In this document: in pieces, positions 56,420-64,000 of the stretch
Layout of the letters: the number at the start of each line of letters is the position of its first letter
Position numbering within the stretch: the first letter of the stretch is position 1
NCBI GenBank assembly: GCA_001777665.1
Contig: MFEQ01000004.1
Coordinates: forward strand, 10-64,009
DNA: 64,000 nucleotides
Reading direction: 5' to 3'
Source of the DNA: Candidatus Doudnabacteria bacterium RIFCSPHIGHO2_02_FULL_42_25
GTDB lineage: Bacteria > Patescibacteriota > Doudnabacteria > UBA920 > O2-02-FULL-48-8
Notes under the pieces: generated by a model
What the model was told of the DNA's origin: nothing
Database searches by the model: none
What the model saw: only the letters and a program-made list of their open reading frames with translations
Program-made: the position numbers and the translations under genes

Positions 56420-56965
56420 CTATAAGGCACCCCTGATGTACGTGTAGTAGCGGTCCACCAAGCCGCTGTCGTCGTACGTTTCGCGGACCAATTCCAGCGA
56501 AACCGGATCGCGCCGCACGTGTTCAGCAAACGGGAACCGCAGCTCCTTGATGCCGCTGCCGTCAGCCGCTTCGACACGAATACGGATCCGCAGGATGTTG
56601 CCGGGACAAAGAGCAACGCTCGGAAACAATACCGTGCGCTTTTTCGTCACTGGGTCGACCGAGTTGCTATACTCGGTCCCGACCTGGGTCGCCTTCGTTT
56701 CATCGTCGCACTTTCGTACGACGTAGATCTTGGCGCCATTCCAGTCGGATAACCCGCCGTCGTCTCCGAAGGCCCAGTTGAAGTTCTCGCCCAGTATGAG
56801 CGAAGCCTTGCCTTCTGCGATCTTCTTCGCCGTGATGGTGATCACGTCGACCTCAGCGCTCGGTGTCACCGCACGCTGTTCCGGCGTCATCTCAGGCGCC
56901 AGAGGTGACTTCTTGTCGCAACCCAAGGTCGCGACGACGAACAAAACTATACCTACGATCCGCAT
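56420..56965 (-). CDS. Putative lipoprotein (GC-rich orphan); start revised to ATG 56965
   Basis: MRIVGIVLFVVATLG-C lipobox; SD GGAGG 7 nt upstream. Confidence 0.7.
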   Translation of the reverse strand: MRIVGIVLFVVATLGCDKKSPLAPEMTPEQRAVTPSAEVDVITITAKKIAEGKASLILGENFNWAFGDDGGLSDWNGAKIYVVRKCDDETKATQVGTEYSNSVDPVTKKRTVLFPSVALCPGNILRIRIRVEAADGSGIKELRFPFAEHVRRDPVSLELVRETYDDSGLVDRYYTYIRGAL

Positions 56966-57009
56966 GTCCATTCCTCCGTTTGGAGGGCTCTGGGGGGAGC
57001 CCATGACCG

Positions 57010-58119
57010 TTACAATGCTACCGGAACTGCTGATACAACAAGCCTGTCTTTCGTGGTTCCTATCGGCCAGCAGGTTGAAAGATTCAACTTGCTACCCGAT
57101 CCATCCGTAAATTGAGATTGGTCATCTGGTCTGTATGTCTTGCTGCCTGTAACCTGATATCGAAAATTGTAAGTCTTGCCGTCGTTACCATAAACTTCAA
57201 CAAAAATGTCATCACCTGGGGCAAGGTTATTTAGTCTAGAAAAAACGTTCTGCATTGGGTTACGTTTCCAGAGGTAATCTGAAGAGTGTCCAGAAACATA
57301 AATGATTCCATTCTCTCCTGGTAAAGCTGTTCCAGGGTAATGGATTATACCTTTGGTTAAATCAGCATCGAATTGAGAAACATCTTTGGACCAAATCAAA
57401 GGCACCTGCAAATTTAATTTGGGAATCGAAATTCTACCAGGTAAATCAAGATTGTAAGCGATCATACTACCTCCGCTGACAACTCCTTCTGGAATTTGGG
57501 AAGTACTAAACGAAATTCGGTTGTTGATTAAATTCAAATCAATACTTTCAGATAATTTTTTCTGATTAGCAGTCATCTGTCCTCGACCCCATGGGTTATA
57601 ACCATTGAGGAGTTCTACCCCATCAGTAAAATTGTCAGAATCCGAGTCAGCAATAATAGGATTGGTCCGCATCACGAATTCATCATGATTAGAAAGCCCG
57701 TCTTTATCGATATCATTGGTTGGCTCTAAAAACTTATCATCGCCTACGGCATAGAAATAATTACCAATCCATTTGTAATATTCCTGAAGATCTTCACCCA
57801 AAATTTGTTCATCCTGAGGTTTAGAAAACCAGCCCTGGATTTGGCTCCAAAATGCACCAAAATTTATAACACTATAAAAGAATACAAAAGCGGCTAGGAA
57901 AAGCATAACATAGCCAACTAACATCTTTAACGCTTTGCCCAGTTTGGAACCAACCTGAACAGAAACTTCTTCTATCGCAGCGGTGCTATCTGAAGCCATG
58001 CTCAATTCTTCTACAGCCTCATGCGGTGTCATGTGTTCTTGGCCAGAACCAAGATGATGGACCTCCTCTGCAGGAGCCCCTATTTTCAAAAGTTTATGAA
58101 TTTCTGATTCGTATTCCAT
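57010..58119 (-). CDS. Sortase with DxDxDG Ca-binding-like repeats
   Basis: TM helix; DIDKDGL and DSDSDNF; HYPGTALPGE..G..YVSGHS; LSTCWP...DRLVV. Confidence 0.9.
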   Translation of the reverse strand: MEYESEIHKLLKIGAPAEEVHHLGSGQEHMTPHEAVEELSMASDSTAAIEEVSVQVGSKLGKALKMLVGYVMLFLAAFVFFYSVINFGAFWSQIQGWFSKPQDEQILGEDLQEYYKWIGNYFYAVGDDKFLEPTNDIDKDGLSNHDEFVMRTNPIIADSDSDNFTDGVELLNGYNPWGRGQMTANQKKLSESIDLNLINNRISFSTSQIPEGVVSGGSMIAYNLDLPGRISIPKLNLQVPLIWSKDVSQFDADLTKGIIHYPGTALPGENGIIYVSGHSSDYLWKRNPMQNVFSRLNNLAPGDDIFVEVYGNDGKTYNFRYQVTGSKTYRPDDQSQFTDGSGSKLNLSTCWPIGTTKDRLVVSAVPVAL

Positions 58120-58241
58120 ATATTTAACTTGAAGTGAGGATTAAAAAAATTCAATCCGAACGGTAAATATTAGCATAAATCAGTCCACTTGTCAAGAGCA
58201 ATAGGCAGTTTGTATAATACCATCAGGCCTATTCTAACGGG

Positions 58242-59420
58242 ATGAAACTAAAACATTACCTAATAGCTTCCGAACAAAACGACTATAAACCCTGGATTAT
58301 CAAACCGAGCGCACTTGGGCTTTTTTGTCTCGTTATCTGGAGTTTACGGATCCTAGTCCCAGCAACTGTCACTTTGGCTGCCAATTCTATCGATCCCACT
58401 GATCTGATGGCGAAAGTCAACGCTGAACGCAGCCAGCGTTTCCTTTCCACACTAAAGACAGATTCCAGACTCTCTACCGCTGCCAATGACAAAGCCAATG
58501 ACATGATTACACGAAGCTATTTTGCGCACGTTGATCCAGATGGTAAATACGTCTGGCCCAGAATCGAAGCCGCTGGGTATAAGCCTTATGTCACGTTAGG
58601 AGAAAATCTGGCCATGGATTTTGATTCAGCGAACAAAGTTGTAGAGGCTTGGATGAACAGCCCGACTCATCGAGCAAATATTGTAAACACAAAGTTTGAA
58701 GATCAAGGACTGGCTGCCGTCGATGGACTTTATGAACCAGGGCATAACACGATTATGATTGTTAGTTTGTTCGGGACTCTGGTTAAAACTCAAACGAATC
58801 CTCCAGCGCCCGCCCCTAGCCCCACTCCAACCACGACTCCGCCGCCCGCCCCAACTCCGACACCTACATCACCAACTCCTACACCCACCCCTCCTCCTGT
58901 TACTGCTGTCATTCCAGTAGAAATTTCAAAAGATATAAAAATAATTAGCACGTCACTTTCAGGTCATACCATGGTCGACATCACTGTACCCATTTCAGGA
59001 AATCCGACTTTAGTCACAGCGCAACTCAATACCCAATCCATTTCGTTAATCCAAAGTCAAACAGCTGGAGAATTTTTGGGCACATTTACTTTTAACCAAT
59101 CTGAAGATCTGACCCAGTCCAAACTTTCGATTGAGGCCAGAGATAGTTCAGGAATTAAAACCAATCAAGAATTCCCAGTGAACATCGAATCACATGTAAC
59201 AGGCTCAGCCCAATCAGAGACTGTCCCAGTTTCAAACGAAGCAGGAGTGATTAAAATATTAAGAATTATATTCGGAATATTTGCTGTTATATACCTGGGT
59301 TTTTTGATTCTAGACGCAGTAATTTTACATCGGGATAAAATAAAAAGAGACGGGATTCGACCGAATGCCCATCTCTTAATCTTTGTTATTCTAGTAGGCG
59401 TAACGTTATTTACGCTATAA
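58242..59420 (+). CDS. CAP (SCP) domain membrane protein with PT-rich linker
   Basis: KANDM...YFAH, GENLA, WMNSPTHRANI; two C-terminal TM helices. Confidence 0.92.
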   Translation: MKLKHYLIASEQNDYKPWIIKPSALGLFCLVIWSLRILVPATVTLAANSIDPTDLMAKVNAERSQRFLSTLKTDSRLSTAANDKANDMITRSYFAHVDPDGKYVWPRIEAAGYKPYVTLGENLAMDFDSANKVVEAWMNSPTHRANIVNTKFEDQGLAAVDGLYEPGHNTIMIVSLFGTLVKTQTNPPAPAPSPTPTTTPPPAPTPTPTSPTPTPTPPPVTAVIPVEISKDIKIISTSLSGHTMVDITVPISGNPTLVTAQLNTQSISLIQSQTAGEFLGTFTFNQSEDLTQSKLSIEARDSSGIKTNQEFPVNIESHVTGSAQSETVPVSNEAGVIKILRIIFGIFAVIYLGFLILDAVILHRDKIKRDGIRPNAHLLIFVILVGVTLFTL

Positions 59421-60329
59421 AATTCGTTGGTTGAAATTGTGTCCAGCAAACACTAACGTAACTATAAATACCATCATCGCCAAATACTCAAAGGCGACTT
59501 TTTTAGTTAAAGTGTTATCCAAACGATGATGCAAAATGCCCCAGGCGGCGTTGTACACAGCCAACATCACTAGTCCGGCAGTGAGGTACTCACTATTCCA
59601 ATTGCTATAAACCCAAAATGAAACCAAGGCCATCATCACAGCGATGAGTAATATCCAGAAAAAAATCGTAAAGTTCAGTAAACGGTGCTGGAATAGAGCT
59701 TGATATACCAAAAAAAATGTCAAAGTTAAAACACTAAGCGATAAAAAGAAGGCATTGAAACCGAAATAAAAAGTTACACCAACGGTTGAAGCAAAAATAA
59801 TATATGCTCCATAAAGCTTGACCAAAGATAAAACTAAAATCCAATGGTCTTGGTGCTCTAATTTTCGGCTGACGTGTTCTTTCATATACCAGTAAGCAAC
59901 AGCCATAGCGATTGTTGATGAAAAAACTAAAATCTGTTTGAGTCCAATGTTAAATGGATTCAATAAAAGCAGGGTTACAGTACCCCAATAAATTATTCCC
60001 GGTAAGACCAAATAGTTCTGATAATGACGAAAATAATGCCAGTTCCGTAAATGTTCAAACCTTTCTAATAAAGCCATCCAGAGCATTCTTACACCAGTAT
60101 GATTAAGTTTCGCGTTGGCTAACACTCCACGCTTTTTTAAGTGTAAATCGAACATGAAAGTCAACCAGATCAAATGGAAGGCGTAAATATAAAGCGATAA
60201 GTAAAGTCCAGAGTTTAGTTGGTAAAGCGAAAGTGTGGTGCTGATCGCTTGAAATCCAAAAAATGCACCAAGCGTAACGATCAAAACCGATAAAATTTTA
60301 TTTTTGGTTTCGTTAAGTAATGGTTGCAT
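59415..60329 (-). CDS. Polytopic membrane protein (CPR-type hypothetical); likely start ATG 60329
   Basis: About 9-10 TM helices; C-terminal WGILHH...L.KK..FEY. Confidence 0.7.
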   Translation of the reverse strand: MQPLLNETKNKILSVLIVTLGAFFGFQAISTTLSLYQLNSGLYLSLYIYAFHLIWLTFMFDLHLKKRGVLANAKLNHTGVRMLWMALLERFEHLRNWHYFRHYQNYLVLPGIIYWGTVTLLLLNPFNIGLKQILVFSSTIAMAVAYWYMKEHVSRKLEHQDHWILVLSLVKLYGAYIIFASTVGVTFYFGFNAFFLSLSVLTLTFFLVYQALFQHRLLNFTIFFWILLIAVMMALVSFWVYSNWNSEYLTAGLVMLAVYNAAWGILHHRLDNTLTKKVAFEYLAMMVFIVTLVFAGHNFNQRIL

Positions 60330-61032
60330 TCTTTTTGCGAGCAAGTTCCCCTGCCTTAAATAAAGATTCGAACGTCCCAGCATCTATCCATTCACCCTTC
60401 AAAACGTCTACTTTTAACTGTCCTTTTTGTAAATAAAAATTATGCAACTCTGTAATCTCCAGTTCCCCGCGTGCGGATGGTTTCACTGCTTTGGCTGCCT
60501 CAACTACTTGCGAATCATAAAGATACAATCCGGTGATCGCATAATCTGAAATTTTTATTTCGGGTTTTTCAGCTATCTCCACAGCATTCATGCTTGCATC
60601 AAATTTAACCTGACCAAATCGCTCTGGGTCAGAAACTTTTTTCGCAAATATATGTCCGCCGCTTTTAAAATTCTTTATAGTTTCGGATACATTGTCCTCA
60701 AAAATATTATCGCCAAGGATCATACAGACATTATCATTCTCTATAAAATTTTCACCAATGATAAATGCTTGAGCCAACCCTTCTGGCTTGTCTTGCACTT
60801 CATAGGCGAATCTTGCGCCGAACTCTTTTCCACTTCCTAAAAGATTCAGATAATCCCCAGCGTGATATGGAGCGACAATAATTAAGATGTCTTTGATTCC
60901 TGCACTCAATAATGTTTGGAGAGGATACATGATCATCGGCTTATCGTAAACAGGTAAAAGCTGCTTACTAGTAACTTTTGTAAGCGGCTGCAATCGTGTA
61001 CCCGAACCTCCCGATAAAATTATGCCTTTCAT
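60313..61032 (-). CDS. rfbA: Glucose-1-phosphate thymidylyltransferase (short form)
   Basis: GIILSGGSGTRL, SKQLLPVYDKPMI, GLAQAF, SARGELEIT, WIDAGT. Confidence 0.95.
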   Translation of the reverse strand: MKGIILSGGSGTRLQPLTKVTSKQLLPVYDKPMIMYPLQTLLSAGIKDILIIVAPYHAGDYLNLLGSGKEFGARFAYEVQDKPEGLAQAFIIGENFIENDNVCMILGDNIFEDNVSETIKNFKSGGHIFAKKVSDPERFGQVKFDASMNAVEIAEKPEIKISDYAITGLYLYDSQVVEAAKAVKPSARGELEITELHNFYLQKGQLKVDVLKGEWIDAGTFESLFKAGELARKKNATIT

Positions 61033-61856
61033 TTGAGATGATCTTTCAGTGCTTCGTGCCAGGGACGAAGCTGAATAAATTTCGTGTTGTTCAAAATACC
61101 ATATTTAGGCCGCTCTGCTAGTCGGACAAATGCGTCACGACTTGCTGTTTCAAGTTTGATATCCAAGCCTTTGATCTTGAATATTTCTTTGGCCCAATCA
61201 TACCAACTGGCCATCCCAGAATTCACAATGTGATAAATGCCAAATGGTTTTTCTTGGTCTACCAAAGCCTTGGTCGCTTCAGCTAAATCTTGAACAAAAG
61301 TCGGTTGGCCAAACTCATCAGAGATGACTTTAATCTCTTTTTGGTCCTTACTTAACTTAAGCATAGTATCGACAAAACTCGGCTTGCCTCGTTCACTCAA
61401 CCGGCCATAAAGCCAAGTTGTACGGATTAAGTAATAATTCTCACAATTCTCGGGCAGTTCCATCTCGCCCAAAAGCTTTGATTTGGCATAAGCCGAGTGC
61501 GCACTAGGCTTATCATCTTCATTATAGCCTTCTGGATTGTTTCCATCAAAAACATAAGCAGTGCTGAAATGAACCAAGGTTGCATTAACTGCAGATGCGG
61601 CTTTGGCGATGTACCCCACCGCAGAACCGTTGAGGAGTTCAGCAGTGGCTCGATCTTCTTCAGCGCGGTCCACCGCGTTATACGCAGCACAGTTAATGAT
61701 CAAATCTGGTTTCAATTCTGAAATTTTTTGCATGACCATTTCTTCATCTGTGATGTCGAGCTCCTCGCGGTCCCATGCAAAAATCTCTTCTCCCTTATAG
61801 ACATCAACAAAAGTTTGGCCCAGAGCTCCTTTAGCTCCTAAAATAAGTACTCTCAT
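61029..61856 (-). CDS. rfbD: dTDP-4-dehydrorhamnose reductase
   Basis: GAKGALG, NCAAYNAVD, STAYVFDG, YAKSKLLGE. Confidence 0.95.
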   Translation of the reverse strand: MRVLILGAKGALGQTFVDVYKGEEIFAWDREELDITDEEMVMQKISELKPDLIINCAAYNAVDRAEEDRATAELLNGSAVGYIAKAASAVNATLVHFSTAYVFDGNNPEGYNEDDKPSAHSAYAKSKLLGEMELPENCENYYLIRTTWLYGRLSERGKPSFVDTMLKLSKDQKEIKVISDEFGQPTFVQDLAEATKALVDQEKPFGIYHIVNSGMASWYDWAKEIFKIKGLDIKLETASRDAFVRLAERPKYGILNNTKFIQLRPWHEALKDHLK

Positions 61857-62404
61857 TTATAAATATCCTTGAGCAAAGGATGGCTTTTATCTTTTTCAGA
61901 AATAATAGCCTGGTCAAGCGGGATCGGCCACTTGATAGCCAACCCTGGATCAGCTAAATTGACTGCTAAATATTTTTTATCAGGAGACCAGTGATCATTG
62001 ATCAAATATTGATAATAAGTATTTGGTTCCAATGTCTGGAAAGAGTTTCCGACACCGCGAGGAACGAAAACTGACTTAGATCGGTCAATGACTATTTCGA
62101 CATGTTTGCCCATGTCAATCCCTTGTCGCAAATCGACAAAGACCGCATGGACTTTTCCACTGACCACACTAATGTATTTATCCCAAGGTTCGGCATGAAT
62201 TCCTCTGGTCACGCCAACCTCTTTGTTAAAAGAAAGATTTTCCTGCACTGGAACAAAGCTTTCAGGGAAGCCTGCTGCTACTAATTTTGCCTTTTGAAAT
62301 TTTTCCTGAAAAAAACCTCTACCGTCTTCTACTAGAGTTACGTCAATTTCCAAAAGACCCGGAATCTCCCGTTCAGTTATTTTAAATTCAGTCATCTTTT
62401 GCAT
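61853..62404 (-). CDS. rfbC: dTDP-4-dehydrorhamnose 3,5-epimerase
   Basis: DGRGFFQE, GVTRGIHAEPWDK, FVDLR, GNSFQTL. Confidence 0.95.
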   Translation of the reverse strand: MQKMTEFKITEREIPGLLEIDVTLVEDGRGFFQEKFQKAKLVAAGFPESFVPVQENLSFNKEVGVTRGIHAEPWDKYISVVSGKVHAVFVDLRQGIDMGKHVEIVIDRSKSVFVPRGVGNSFQTLEPNTYYQYLINDHWSPDKKYLAVNLADPGLAIKWPIPLDQAIISEKDKSHPLLKDIYK

Positions 62405-62459
62405 GCTAGTAATTTACTCCAATACTCTATAGTATTGGAGTATTTTTCTCTATAAATTA

Positions 62460-63443
62460 TTATAACCCTTTTTCTAATCGATCGACTAAGGGTTGCCACC
62501 ATTCTTGATTTTGCTTATACCATTCTACTGTTTCGGCTAATCCTTTTTCAAACTCGTAATCTCTTTTGAAAGCGAGCTCACGTTCAATTTTGCTGCTATC
62601 AATCGCATACCGTAAGTCATGGCCTGGTCGATCTGGAACGAGTTGAATGAGGGTTTCGGGTTTACCCAACAAATTTAAAATTTGACGAACTACTTCCAAA
62701 TTCGCCTTTTCACAATTACCACCAACAAGATACGTTTCGCCTGTTCTTCCAGTTTGGAGGACCATATCAATCGCTTTACAATGATCCTTAACATGGATCC
62801 AATCTCGAACATTGCGACCCTGGGCATATACAGGGACGGGTTTGTCTCGAAGTGCGTTAACAATCGTTTTCGGGATTAACTTTTCTGGGAACTGATAAGG
62901 ACCATAATTGTTCGAACAATTGGTTATAGTTGCATCCAAACCATAGGTCCGACTATACGCATGCAGCAAATGATCACCAGCGGCTTTGCTGGCGGAATAT
63001 GGTGACGATGGAAAGTAAGTGCTGTGCTCGGTAAACTTTTGTCCTGTGCCCAAAGGCAGGTCCCCGAAAACTTCATCAGTGGAAATATGATGAAGCCTTT
63101 TTTTGTGCTGTGTGGCAGCATCAAGCAAGGTATGCAATCCCACAACATTGGTTTGAATAAATTCCGACGGGCCAGTGATCGAACGATCGACATGAGTTTC
63201 AGCTGCAAAATTCACGACAAAATCCACATCTTTCATCAACTCATCCACTAGTTTCGCATCCGCGATATCCCCTTTTACAAATTTGTATTGAGGGTTCGCT
63301 TCAAATTTTTTGAGATTCGCAGGATTGCCAGCATAAGTTAACTTGTCCAGATTCGTCACATGGACATCATGATATTTCTCAAACAGATAATGAATAAAAT
63401 TCGAACCGATAAACCCAGAACCTCCAGTAATCAAATATCTCAT
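62460..63443 (-). CDS. rfbB: dTDP-glucose 4,6-dehydratase
   Basis: TGGSGFIGSNF, DKLTYAGN, AAETHVDRSI, STDEV, YSASKA, NNYGPYQFPEK. Confidence 0.97.
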   Translation of the reverse strand: MRYLITGGSGFIGSNFIHYLFEKYHDVHVTNLDKLTYAGNPANLKKFEANPQYKFVKGDIADAKLVDELMKDVDFVVNFAAETHVDRSITGPSEFIQTNVVGLHTLLDAATQHKKRLHHISTDEVFGDLPLGTGQKFTEHSTYFPSSPYSASKAAGDHLLHAYSRTYGLDATITNCSNNYGPYQFPEKLIPKTIVNALRDKPVPVYAQGRNVRDWIHVKDHCKAIDMVLQTGRTGETYLVGGNCEKANLEVVRQILNLLGKPETLIQLVPDRPGHDLRYAIDSSKIERELAFKRDYEFEKGLAETVEWYKQNQEWWQPLVDRLEKGL

Positions 63444-63588
63444 CCCAGTATATCAACTTCGATAATGGTTTTTGAGTTCGCTTTTGCGAAAGAAAAACGC
63501 ATTAATTTAATATTTTCTAAAATCATAGCAATTATATTTTAATTATCAAAAACCATTAAAGCAAAAGTATCGAAGTTGTATTACTGGG
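63444..63588. repeat. ~143 bp element (family B), copy 2, flanked by a TCAT duplication
   Basis: Same termini as 17705-17846; TCAT at 63440-63443 and 63589-63592 (ATGA on the minus strand). Confidence 0.85.
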
Positions 63589-63999
63589 TCATAGATGTTT
63601 TTTAATTTCTTCGGCTAATTGTGTTCGTGTTCGTGGCTCTGTTTCTTGATGCGGCCAGGGCTTGAGTCCATCTTTTCGATACCTCGGAATGATATGGAAA
63701 TGTAAATGAAAAACTGTTTGACCAGCTGCCTCGCCACGATTAGTGCTAATCGTAAAACCGTCAGCGTTCAATGCATGCTGAATTGAAACCGCAATCCTTT
63801 TGGCCTGTTTCATCACATCAGCAATCACATCATCAGGTGTTTCCACAATATCTGCTGCATGAAGCTTAGGTAGGACTAAGGCGTGGCCTCGACTCACAGG
63901 GCGAATATCCATAAAGGCAACAACTTTGTCATCTTCATAGATTTTATCCGATGGAATTTCACCAGCTGCAATTTTACAAAAAATACAATCCTTCATCAT
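63589..63999 (-). CDS. HIT family hydrolase
   Basis: DCIFCKI, GHALVLPK, GQTVFHLHFHIIPR. Confidence 0.95.
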   Translation of the reverse strand: MMKDCIFCKIAAGEIPSDKIYEDDKVVAFMDIRPVSRGHALVLPKLHAADIVETPDDVIADVMKQAKRIAVSIQHALNADGFTISTNRGEAAGQTVFHLHFHIIPRYRKDGLKPWPHQETEPRTRTQLAEEIKKHL

Positions 64000-64000
64000 G

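Noticed and set aside
62415-62442. Perfect palindrome TACTCCAATACT-ctat-AGTATTGGAGTA between rfbB and rfbC
   Set aside because: Single copy in the window; most simply an intra-operon stabiliser or terminator hairpin.
1438-63542. Numerous 60-190 aa ORFs antisense or out of frame to identified genes
   Set aside because: Shadow ORFs fully overlapping well-supported genes, with no motifs or initiation signals.
1-64000. CRISPR array or cas genes
   Set aside because: No regularly spaced direct repeats with unique spacers and no Cas-like ORF; the repeats are dispersed or 6-7-mer tandem runs.
1-64000. Alternative genetic code (TGA = Gly, as in Gracilibacteria/Absconditabacteria)
   Set aside because: secA, rpmJ and the HIT gene end at TGA at their expected C-termini, and conserved genes are uninterrupted in code 11.

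Overview
This 64 kb window looks like Patescibacteria/CPR chromosome. That assignment is inferred from the short AlaRS, cupin-type PGI, leaderless/SD-less housekeeping genes and CPR-type surface proteins. It uses the standard code: secA and rpmJ end in TGA. Most genes are on the - strand. Core content: the end of an IS481-like element; a small AT-rich defence-like block (EcoRI-family MTase, DUF262-HNH nuclease, trypsin-like protease); secA, hpf, murC/murG, rnpB, typA; the infA-rpmJ-rpsMKD-rpoA-rplQ-rplM-rpsI cluster; alaS, an S41 peptidase, glycan/Wzy genes, guaA, rarA, an ABC transporter, surface proteins with a sortase, galE and rfbBCDA. The most unusual signal is non-coding. (1) Several families of small repeated elements, many placed at or next to start codons: a ~100 bp TIR element duplicating ATGRAT, a ~143 bp element with a covarying pseudoknot, TACGAA-array elements with and without a GxxExxY nuclease gene, a 105 bp three-way junction with four compensatory changes, and DUF559-associated REPs. 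(2) A set of GC-rich orphan cassettes with strong Shine-Dalgarno sites, terminators and often consensus sigma70 promoters, unlike most housekeeping genes; one is a ~490 nt unit with no canonical ORF. (3) infA lacks a canonical start codon. All calls come from reading the sequence; no database searches or folding programs were run.
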